Source: a bacterium
GTDB taxonomy: Bacteria; Electryoneota; Tariuqbacteria; Tariuqbacterales; JADHWD01
DNA: 51,569 bases
Reading direction: 5' to 3'
Assembly: GCA_016783645.1 (NCBI GenBank)
Contig: JADHWD010000001.1
Location: forward strand, 1 to 51,569
Shown here: positions 43,769-51,569 of the stretch, in pieces
Position numbering within the stretch: the stretch's first letter is position 1
Layout of the letters: each line of letters opens with the position of its first letter
Notes under the pieces: model-generated
Database searches by the model: none
Told to the model about the DNA's origin: nothing
The model's input: only the letters and a program-made list of their open reading frames with translations
Made by a program: the position numbers and the translations under genes

Positions 43769-46700
43769 ATGACTGCTAAATTAAAAAACAACGGGGCATC
43801 GGCAATTATCCTCACCATTCTGATGCTGTTCGCCATCTTCACCCCTCAGAATGCTGAAGCCACCTGGTTCAATCTGCTTTACGAAGATTTCCATACTCTA
43901 TGGATTACCTGGCCCTGGTACATCGGCGGACATTGGTGGCAGGTTGTTCCACCCGCGGGGATCAGATGGGGTATCCAATGGGAATTCGCCCATACTTCCA
44001 CCGATTATCAGGCGGCATGGTGCTGCGCCTTCAATGGCACTCAGCAATCGGGACTCACTCCGTTCATGGATCAGTATCCCGCCAACTTGAACACCCGCAT
44101 GTTCTGGGGACCTTTCAATCTGGTAGGCGCCGCCGCCGCGCAAGCCACATTCTGGTATTTCAACGACTCCGAACTGTTCAATGATTTCTGCGCTTATGAG
44201 GGTTCACCCAACGGCAATAATTGGTACGAAGGAGGCCGTATATCGGGACCTACGGATTGGAATTGGCACATGGGAGTACTCAATTTGGACTCATTGAACA
44301 ATGGCGCAGTCAGTATGCTCGAAGAGCCTAATGTCTATATGGGATATCGATTTTACGCTAATTCCAATACATATCGCGGCTGGGGCACTTTCATCGATGA
44401 TATAGTGCTGGGTTACGATGACGGACTCTTCGATCTGGCCGCCGGAGTCCCGGTGTTACTCAACGCTGATTCCATTCAGGTGTACTATGTCTATGAAACC
44501 GAGCCTATCAGGATGGCATTCCCCTGGTCTTGCGAAGGCATAGGTGAAACCGGATTATTCAATCTAACCTGCGAGATAGACGGCGAACCCTTCTATTCCA
44601 TCGACTTGACCGCTGTCGGCGGCGAAGATTATATCACAATCGCCGATATGATCTGGTCATCAACGGAATTAGGACCTCATCAGGTCGTATGGACGCTCGA
44701 TACCGGCGATGTAGTCGCGGAAACCTACGAAGACAATAATGTGGGGACGCTGGACTTTGAACTGGTGGAATTCGATTCTCTGCCTTATATAGAAATACTG
44801 CGTCCCACTTTCGGCGATTCCGCGGAAGCCGGATTCTGGGTAGTGTTCAACGCGTATGATGCGGAAGCTAACGCTCAGGTCAATCTGTTCTATGATCAGG
44901 ATACTATCGCTTTTAACGGATTCCTGATTAATTCACAGCCTCTTTGGGAAGATTCCCTCTCTATGCCGGACAGCATCTATTGGAATTTGATGACATTTCC
45001 TCCCAATTCCCAATATTATGTCTATGGTTCTATCTATGATTACGAGCATAGCGTGCTGATGGTCTACAGCGAAGCGCCGGTAACAATATACGACATGCCG
45101 CCTACCTTCGAATTCTTCACTCCGGTTGAAAATGACACTGCGGATGATCAATTCATAATCGAATTCGATGTCTATGACGCCCGTTCCAACGCGACCGTAT
45201 ATTTCTATTATGACCAGGATAACACCGGAAACGATGGAATTCAAATTAATCAAATCCCAGTCTTGGAAAACACTACCACCGGCCAATATACCTGGAATAC
45301 ATCTAACCTGCCGGATAATAGTTCATATTATCTGTACGCCAAGGTTAGTGACGCATATAATCCGCCGGTCTATGTTTACAGCGATTATCCGGTGAACATA
45401 TATCATCCGGTTGACCAGCAGTTCAACCTCAACGATAATTGGAACTTGATTTCTCTGGGTGTAACCCCAACTGTTAACAGTCTTTCCGCATTATTCCCCA
45501 CCGCTATTGCGGCTTATGAATTCACCGGTGGTCCTGGCGGCTCTTATACCATGGCTGAGGAATTATATCCCGGCAAAGGGTATTGGGTCAATGTGCCGGA
45601 TGCGGTCACAATCACCATTTCAGGTACGCCGTTTAATTACTATACAACTGCAGTATCGCCTCCCTGGGAACTCAAGGGCAGTGTACTAAATCCCGCAAAC
45701 GCCATATCAACGCCTGCGGGCGGGATCAATGTGCTATATTGGTTCAACGGCAGCACTTATGAGATGATAACCGCCGGCAGTCTGCTTCAGCCGGATTACG
45801 GCTATTGGATGAATTTCGTCAGTAATGTGACTCAACTGACGGTAGGAACGCCGCCGCTGTCCGGCAAGGAAGATAACATCAGCCGTTTAACCGATAATAC
45901 CGACCAAATATGGGATCTGGATATAACCGTGACCGGTGAAACCGGCAGCGCTCCCAATATTTTCACCGTTAATATCGGCGCCGACAACGCCTGTTCTTAT
46001 ATCCCCGCTCCTCCCCCGCCCCCGGCTTATATGGTATGGGCTGAACTCTACGATGAATACTGGAATGGGCCCTATTATACTATGTATATTTCCGGCAGTG
46101 AAGATGCGTTCACCTGGATGCTTCATATCGATCCTAACGGTAATGTAATGCCACCGGTTTCACGGACCGCGGTGGTGGATTGGGATGCGGCGCAGCTGCC
46201 GCCTACCGGGAATTTCGCCATTGAGGATATGTCAGGCAATGTGATAGTGGCGGATATGCGGAATACATCATCATTTGAAACCAGCGGCACTACTAATCAA
46301 TATTTCTATATCATAGGCACAGATTTAGCTCAGGAAGTGTCGGTTATATTAAATCCGATAAATCCGCCGATTATCATTCCGGCGAACGGCGGTTCGTTCA
46401 ATTTTGAGATCGGAGCGGCGAATAACAGCGCCAGCGCGGTTATGATAGATGTCTGGACTTATGTATATCTGCCGAGCGGAACGCAGTACGGCCCATTATT
46501 GAATGCCGGACCGGTCAATGTCGCCGCTGGAGGGTCTCCCTACCGCCTGCGTTCGCAGGCAGTACCGGCTAACGCGCCTGCGGGAATTTACACTTACAAC
46601 GCCTATATCGGCGACTATCCGGATTCAGTGATAAGCCAAAACTTCTTTGAATTCGAGAAGTTAAGCGTTTCCGACGGCGGGGAGTCAATTCCCGATTGGA

Positions 46701-47038
46701 AAAACTGGGGTGAAAGTTTCGACGGCTTCGGTGAAGAAATTACCGTGGCTGTAATTAAGGAAAATTCACTCTCAAAAGCTTATCCCAATCCCTTCAATCC
46801 TACAACCGCAATCAGATATACGATGAAAGAAGCCGGACTCGTTAAGCTTATAGTCTATGATATCACCGGGCGGGAAATCGCAAAGCTGATTGACGGCTGG
46901 GAATCTGCTGGTGTGTATGAAGTGATATTCGATGGTTCGGAACTGCCCAGCGGCGTGTACTTCTGCCGCATTAATATCAAAGATTCAAACGGCGGGAAGG
47001 AATTCCAGGCGATTGAGAAGATGCTGTTGGTGAAGTAA
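43769..47038 (+). CDS. Secreted T9SS cargo protein (type-A C-terminal sorting domain), function unknown
   Basis: ATG 43769 with GGAG 6 nt upstream; the ORF-track TTG 43742 is less likely. Signal peptide 'AIILTILMLFAIFTPQNAEA'. C-terminus 'YPNPFNPTTAIRYTM...LIVYDITGREIAKL...GVYFCRI'. Confidence 0.85.
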   Translation: MTAKLKNNGASAIILTILMLFAIFTPQNAEATWFNLLYEDFHTLWITWPWYIGGHWWQVVPPAGIRWGIQWEFAHTSTDYQAAWCCAFNGTQQSGLTPFMDQYPANLNTRMFWGPFNLVGAAAAQATFWYFNDSELFNDFCAYEGSPNGNNWYEGGRISGPTDWNWHMGVLNLDSLNNGAVSMLEEPNVYMGYRFYANSNTYRGWGTFIDDIVLGYDDGLFDLAAGVPVLLNADSIQVYYVYETEPIRMAFPWSCEGIGETGLFNLTCEIDGEPFYSIDLTAVGGEDYITIADMIWSSTELGPHQVVWTLDTGDVVAETYEDNNVGTLDFELVEFDSLPYIEILRPTFGDSAEAGFWVVFNAYDAEANAQVNLFYDQDTIAFNGFLINSQPLWEDSLSMPDSIYWNLMTFPPNSQYYVYGSIYDYEHSVLMVYSEAPVTIYDMPPTFEFFTPVENDTADDQFIIEFDVYDARSNATVYFYYDQDNTGNDGIQINQIPVLENTTTGQYTWNTSNLPDNSSYYLYAKVSDAYNPPVYVYSDYPVNIYHPVDQQFNLNDNWNLISLGVTPTVNSLSALFPTAIAAYEFTGGPGGSYTMAEELYPGKGYWVNVPDAVTITISGTPFNYYTTAVSPPWELKGSVLNPANAISTPAGGINVLYWFNGSTYEMITAGSLLQPDYGYWMNFVSNVTQLTVGTPPLSGKEDNISRLTDNTDQIWDLDITVTGETGSAPNIFTVNIGADNACSYIPAPPPPPAYMVWAELYDEYWNGPYYTMYISGSEDAFTWMLHIDPNGNVMPPVSRTAVVDWDAAQLPPTGNFAIEDMSGNVIVADMRNTSSFETSGTTNQYFYIIGTDLAQEVSVILNPINPPIIIPANGGSFNFEIGAANNSASAVMIDVWTYVYLPSGTQYGPLLNAGPVNVAAGGSPYRLRSQAVPANAPAGIYTYNAYIGDYPDSVISQNFFEFEKLSVSDGGESIPDWKNWGESFDGFGEEITVAVIKENSLSKAYPNPFNPTTAIRYTMKEAGLVKLIVYDITGREIAKLIDGWESAGVYEVIFDGSELPSGVYFCRINIKDSNGGKEFQAIEKMLLVK

Positions 47039-47051
47039 GATTCCCGTCAAA

Positions 47052-47097
47052 GATATTTGATATGTGATATGTGATATTTGATATGTGATATTTGATT
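47052..47097. repeat. Heptamer tandem repeat GATATKT x6.5, 14 nt after the stop codon
   Basis: gatattt gatatgt gatatgt gatattt gatatgt gatattt gatt; same unit as 20829-20865. Confidence 0.9.
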
Positions 47098-47243
47098 TTA
47101 GGCTTTTGGCTCCGGGCTTAAAAGTCTGTCCGAGGATGAAGAAAACTACAAAAATTGGTTGGCGCCGGCTCTCTGTAGTTGACACCATGTTATTGTTTTT
47201 TAAAAACATGCTGTTGACCACAGAGGGTCGACAGCACATAAAT

Positions 47244-47326
47244 AACTCTTAACTCTTAACTCTTAACTCTTAACTCTTAACTCTTAACTCTTAACTCTTA
47301 ACTCTTAACTCTTAACTCTTAACTTA
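47244..47326. repeat. Heptamer tandem repeat AACTCTT x11 (+ aactta)
   Basis: Eleven perfect units from 47244 to 47320; reverse complement of the array at 1-27. Confidence 0.95.
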
Positions 47327-47328
47327 TT

Positions 47329-47352
47329 CAGCCCGGGTCGGGCTGTTTCTTT
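47329..47352 (+). terminator. Terminator-like hairpin plus T-tract between the repeat array and the MFS gene
   Basis: cagcccg ggt cgggctg followed by tttcttt. Confidence 0.45.
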
Positions 47353-47371
47353 GTACATCTCAGCGGCGTTA

Positions 47372-48793
47372 ATGAATATAGATAATAACCCTGAATCGGA
47401 AAATCAACGGTATAAATGGCTGGTGATGACGGTGGTGGCTCTAACCACCATCATGTGCACCCTTGACGCCTCCATCGTGAATATCGCCCTTCCGGTAATA
47501 AGGGCGGAATTTCATGTGGGGATAACGATAGTCGAATGGGTGGTGATCAGCTATCTATTAATTATCACTTCTTCCCTGATGATTTTCGGCCGTCTCGCCG
47601 ATATCGCCGGCAGAAAGCTAATATTCATCATCGGGATAGTTATTTTCACTGCGGGATCAATGCTGTGCGCCCTCGCCGGCGATATATATACTCTTATTTT
47701 TTTCCGAGTGTTTCAGGGTATCGGCGCCGCCTGCATCACCGCCAACGGCAGCGCTATCATCACCGAAGTATTCCCCGCTAAGCAGCGCGGTAAAGCATTA
47801 GGAATGGTAGGGACGACCGTAGCGATCGGATTGAGTTCCGGACCCGTATTAGGAGGCATCATCACCGATTATTTCGGCTGGAGATATATCTTCCTATTCA
47901 ATCTTCCTATCGGTGTCGCCGCTTTAATAACGGCGCAGAAAATTCTGCGTAAAAGTGTCCGCAATCAAACCGTCAAATTCGATTTCGCCGGATCCGCATT
48001 ATTAACTTTGATTTTAGGAATATTTCTGCTGGGATGGGCTCAATGGGAACGCTGGGGTGTTAGGACGGCGGGGATACTCAGCGCAGTGTCCATCGTTATG
48101 ATGGTGATATTCGTCAAAGTAGAGAACCGATCGCCTTTCCCGGCGATTGACCTGCGTTTATTCCGCGATAACCGTTTTACTTACGCTAACTTAGCGGCTT
48201 TTTTCAACTTCGCTGCAAGATTCTCGGTGGTGTTCCTGTTTCCCTTCTATCTCATCGATGTCCGAAGTTTTAAAGTATCGACAGCGGGATTGATGATGAC
48301 GCCAGTGCCTCTGCTGATGGCGGTGTTAGCCCTCTTCGCCGGCGCATTATCCGATAAAATCGGCACCCGATATCTCACAGCTTCAGGTATGCTTTTAATC
48401 ACTATCAGTCTGGGAATGCTGGCTTTTGTCGATCCATACACTTCTATCGTCTATATTCTCACTTCTCTGACAATATCAGGAATAGGATGCGGTCTATTCG
48501 GAGCTCCGAATACTTCCACCATAATGGGTTCCGTCCCGCGCAGGCATTTAGGGATCGCCGGAGGAATGATCTCACTTGTGCGTAATCTAGGGATGATAAT
48601 CGGAGTGGCGTGGTCGGGAGCGATGTTCGCGGCGATGAAAGGGCATGGCGCCGAAGGTGTGCACGAGGTGGATAAAATAGTCCCCGCTTTTCAAGCGTGT
48701 ATGAAAATCGCAGTTGTTATAGCTATGCTGGGAGTCATTGCTTCTTTCAAACGGGGAGAGATGATAAGAGATACGGATAATGGATTGTTTTAA
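47372..48793 (+). CDS. MFS transporter, DHA2 (14-TMS EmrB/QacA-like) type
   Basis: 'LDASIVNIALPVI...GRLADIAGRKLIFIIG...FRVFQGIGAA' MFS motifs and many TM segments. ATG 47372 preferred over TTG 47351. Confidence 0.8.
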   Translation: MNIDNNPESENQRYKWLVMTVVALTTIMCTLDASIVNIALPVIRAEFHVGITIVEWVVISYLLIITSSLMIFGRLADIAGRKLIFIIGIVIFTAGSMLCALAGDIYTLIFFRVFQGIGAACITANGSAIITEVFPAKQRGKALGMVGTTVAIGLSSGPVLGGIITDYFGWRYIFLFNLPIGVAALITAQKILRKSVRNQTVKFDFAGSALLTLILGIFLLGWAQWERWGVRTAGILSAVSIVMMVIFVKVENRSPFPAIDLRLFRDNRFTYANLAAFFNFAARFSVVFLFPFYLIDVRSFKVSTAGLMMTPVPLLMAVLALFAGALSDKIGTRYLTASGMLLITISLGMLAFVDPYTSIVYILTSLTISGIGCGLFGAPNTSTIMGSVPRRHLGIAGGMISLVRNLGMIIGVAWSGAMFAAMKGHGAEGVHEVDKIVPAFQACMKIAVVIAMLGVIASFKRGEMIRDTDNGLF

Positions 48794-49719
48794 ACTACAA
48801 TTATCCTGTTTTTACCTTCCTCCTTCGCCTTCAACAACGCATCATCCGCCGCTTTCATCAAATCATTAGGATGTATAATACCCTCCTTGGGGTAAATCGC
48901 CACTCCTACGCTAATGGTGATTTTCAGACCGTCGCTAGTTCGCCGCTTAGTGGCTTCACGAGTGTAATTTTCACTGCCGCAGCGCTTGAACAGCCTGTTG
49001 GCTACGGTCATAGTGCCGCCTTTTTCGGTTTCCGGCAGTAAAATTATGAATTCATCTCCGCCATATCTTGCCGGAATATCGATTTCACGAATCTCTTCTT
49101 TTATAAGCGCTCCGATTTTTTGTATCACATAATCGCCGGCGAGGTGCCCGTGATTATCGTTAATCTCTTTGAAATAATCCACATCCAGCATAACGCAGGA
49201 TAGATTGAGATTGTATCTTTGCGCCCGGGAGAATTCCCGTTCCAATAGTTCGATGAAGTGCCTGCGGTTGAATAAAAGCGATAGACTGTCGGTTATCGCC
49301 ATCTTGCGCAGCTCTTCATTCTTCATCATCAGCATATCTTTGAGCTGGCGCATCTTGGAGTATTTGAGCACCCTTTCCACCCGTAACATCAATTCATTGG
49401 TGTTGAAGGGTTTGAACACACAGTCTTCAGCTCCCAGCTCTAACGCTTTAGCGCCGTAATCATCGCCAAATCCGGTTATCAGCACTACCGGTGTTTCGGG
49501 ATCCAAGTTCTGAATATCTTTCAGCAGTTCCAGTCCGCTTTTCTTCGGCATCTTAATATCGGAAATCACCAAGTCAAATTTATGCTCTTTGAATTTGCGC
49601 AATGCATCTTCACCATCTTCGCTCAAAATAACATCATACTCAATGTTATTCTGAAGGACTTCACCTATCAGCTCTCTGGTTTCGCGAAAATCTTCTACAA
49701 CCAGTATGTTAAAACCCAT
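48790..49719 (-). CDS. Response regulator receiver + GGDEF diguanylate cyclase (PleD-like)
   Basis: 309 aa. REC 'ILVVEDF...DLVISDIKMPKKSG'. 'RYGGDEFIILLPE' active site with an RxxD I-site ('REID') 5 residues upstream. Confidence 0.85.
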   Translation of the reverse strand: MGFNILVVEDFRETRELIGEVLQNNIEYDVILSEDGEDALRKFKEHKFDLVISDIKMPKKSGLELLKDIQNLDPETPVVLITGFGDDYGAKALELGAEDCVFKPFNTNELMLRVERVLKYSKMRQLKDMLMMKNEELRKMAITDSLSLLFNRRHFIELLEREFSRAQRYNLNLSCVMLDVDYFKEINDNHGHLAGDYVIQKIGALIKEEIREIDIPARYGGDEFIILLPETEKGGTMTVANRLFKRCGSENYTREATKRRTSDGLKITISVGVAIYPKEGIIHPNDLMKAADDALLKAKEEGKNRIIVV

Positions 49720-49796
49720 AATAAGATAACCGTCAATTTTGTCACCGGTTAATTCAGCGACGATTCCGGATTTGAAATATTTCTATTATTCTATAG

Positions 49797-51335
49797 TTAT
49801 TTTATCAGCGCCATCTTCTTTGAAATCCGGTAATCTCCGGCTTTCAAAGAATAGATATAGATACCGGAAGTTAAATCTTCTCCGCTGAATATAACTTCAT
49901 GCACTCCCGCATCTAAATATCCGTCGACGAGCGCTGCGATTTCCTCACCCAACAAATTATACACAGTCAAGCGGACTTCACAATTCTGCGGTAACGTTAT
50001 GGAGATGGAGGTTTCCGGGTTAAAAGGATTAGGATAATTCTGCGATAGATTGAATTCTTCCGGAACGGCTGCGAAGGCGTTTGGCTCATCGTCCCATCCG
50101 GAAACTATCCAGTCTGAACCGCCGACTCTGTAATCAGTCCCCGACTTGCTGAAAGCGAAGTTACTGCTGTCCCATACTTCTCCGAGATAGATGCCGACAT
50201 ATCCGTTATATGAATATTCTCCTGCGGGAGCGCCCGGCGGAACATTCTGCGTTAATTGCCGGTTGATGGAATAACCCGGATTGACCGTCAGATTGCGGTT
50301 GATGACGGGACCATAGGTTGATCCATTGGGAAGAGTGATATCTATCCAAGCGTTGAAATTCACCGCGGATGATTCATTATTAGTGATATTCACCGTATAA
50401 TTGAATGAACCTCCGGCGGCCGGGATGATGATGGGAGGATTAATCGGAGTCAGCATGATAGACACATCCGGCGCTCCTCCTTCGATGCCGTCATCCAGCA
50501 GCCATATAACATTCTGCTGACCTAAAGCGGCGTTGTGCCATAAATATTCGCCGTCGAAACATATCCCTTCGGCGTAGTCGGTGGACACCACCGGTGAACC
50601 GAATTGTTCGACAATCGATACGGTTCCGCCGGCAACTGACAGCCGTTTTATCGTCTGTCCGATATTATCTACCATGAAGATATTTGATCCCATCGGAGCC
50701 TGGCTGTCCACTGTCATCCCCATAAACCATCCGACGACCCCGGGGGTGTCGTATGTCTCTAAAACTGCACCGGTTAAATCCAGCTTATATAATTTAGTTT
50801 CATTAGCGTAATTGGCGTTAGCGCCGACCCATATATGATCATTTTCTACCGTCAATCCTCTGCCGGTGTAATATGAACCGAAATTCAGAGGAATTTCACC
50901 GAGTAAATTGCCTTCAAGATCGACTTTATATATGCTGTTTTCATAGCCGGTTGCGCCGTACCATTTCATTATCCATAATTGACTGCCATCCCAGTCACAG
51001 TCCATCACGAAACCCTGAAACGGCAAATTCACTTCTCCCAGAATAGTTCCGTTATCGGGATCGATTTTATACATTTTAGGAGTGAAAACCGCCGGATCTT
51101 GATTTTCCAGCAGTATCAGCATGTCGTCTGCATAACAGCATCCCACCAGCGCATCGCCCTGGCTGACAGCCGGCGATGGTATGGTGCGGATTATATCACC
51201 CAATTCATCGGTGAATTCATGCACCGACCAGCCGCATACGGCGGAGGGTGAAACATTGTTGGAATAATCGAAAGCCTGCGCAGAGTTAATCAATACGAAG
51301 GTCATTGAAGCGATGATGACAATAAGGTATCTCAT
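49797..51335 (-). CDS. Secreted T9SS cargo protein (type-A C-terminal sorting domain), beta-propeller-like N-terminal part
   Basis: 512 aa. Signal peptide 'IVIIASMTFVLINSAQA'. C-terminus 'YPNPFNPETSISITL...LTVYNLLGEEIAAL...GIYIYSL'. Shares a ~105-aa pre-CTD domain with the 43769 protein. Confidence 0.85.
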   Translation of the reverse strand: MRYLIVIIASMTFVLINSAQAFDYSNNVSPSAVCGWSVHEFTDELGDIIRTIPSPAVSQGDALVGCCYADDMLILLENQDPAVFTPKMYKIDPDNGTILGEVNLPFQGFVMDCDWDGSQLWIMKWYGATGYENSIYKVDLEGNLLGEIPLNFGSYYTGRGLTVENDHIWVGANANYANETKLYKLDLTGAVLETYDTPGVVGWFMGMTVDSQAPMGSNIFMVDNIGQTIKRLSVAGGTVSIVEQFGSPVVSTDYAEGICFDGEYLWHNAALGQQNVIWLLDDGIEGGAPDVSIMLTPINPPIIIPAAGGSFNYTVNITNNESSAVNFNAWIDITLPNGSTYGPVINRNLTVNPGYSINRQLTQNVPPGAPAGEYSYNGYVGIYLGEVWDSSNFAFSKSGTDYRVGGSDWIVSGWDDEPNAFAAVPEEFNLSQNYPNPFNPETSISITLPQNCEVRLTVYNLLGEEIAALVDGYLDAGVHEVIFSGEDLTSGIYIYSLKAGDYRISKKMALIK

Positions 51336-51569
51336 GGCGTTCTCCTGCGGGAAGTATTACCTTTATTTTTTGCTAAATTAGTTTAACATAAAATTTTAAT
51401 CAATATTTTCATAAAAGTCAAGTATTGTAAGCTTAAGCTGACAAGAGATATAGTTTTAAATGCCTTAGTAAAATATGCTGGCAAATATTGAAAAATTCAA
51501 AATTTATTATTATAAATTATATATTACTTTGAAAATAGTCAACATTCGACAGTTGATAGTTCATGGTGA

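Noticed and set aside
1-51569. tRNA, rRNA, tmRNA, transposase, integrase or phage structural genes
   Set aside because: None were recognised on either strand. No cloverleaf-like acceptor/T-arm patterns appeared in the intergenic regions I read, and no DDE, tyrosine or serine recombinase motifs appeared in any ORF. This absence is based on visual inspection only.

Overview
51.6-kb window that looks like an uncultivated FCB-superphylum-type bacterium. That taxonomy is inference: three proteins end in an 'NPFNP'-type T9SS C-terminal sorting domain, and no rRNA or tRNA is present. 37 of 39 supported genes are on the + strand. (i) 0.2-27.7 kb is a surface-glycan locus with 2 GT9 heptosyltransferase-family and 2 GT2 glycosyltransferases, and it is saturated with radical SAM genes. 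These are nine cobalamin-type (class B) paralogues in three subfamilies (A x5 in tandem, B x2, C x2), one radical SAM with an N-terminal SPASM-like Cys motif, and one DUF1848 protein. Low-GC cargo is wedged between them: a 3-TM protein plus a 60-aa peptide, an AAA/STAND-like ATPase, an HNH-REase/MTase pair, four complete toxin-antitoxin pairs and two orphan antitoxins. (ii) 27.7-31.2 kb holds a Wza-like exporter and a Wzc-like tyrosine autokinase. (iii) 31.5-47.0 kb holds outer-membrane barrels, a ~2,842-aa T9SS-sorted adhesin and a second T9SS cargo. (iv) The rest is an MFS transporter, a REC-GGDEF regulator and a third T9SS cargo. The non-coding DNA is unusual. Many gene and operon ends carry 7-9-nt-period tandem repeats at or just after the stop codon (largest: 26 octamers at 17417-17626). 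Several ends also carry mosaic arrays of about ten families of short GC-rich hairpins, which recur in both orientations with compensatory stem changes. No transposase, integrase, CRISPR array, tRNA or rRNA was seen. All calls come from reading motifs by eye. No database search, alignment program or folding program was run, and identity and GC figures are hand counts.
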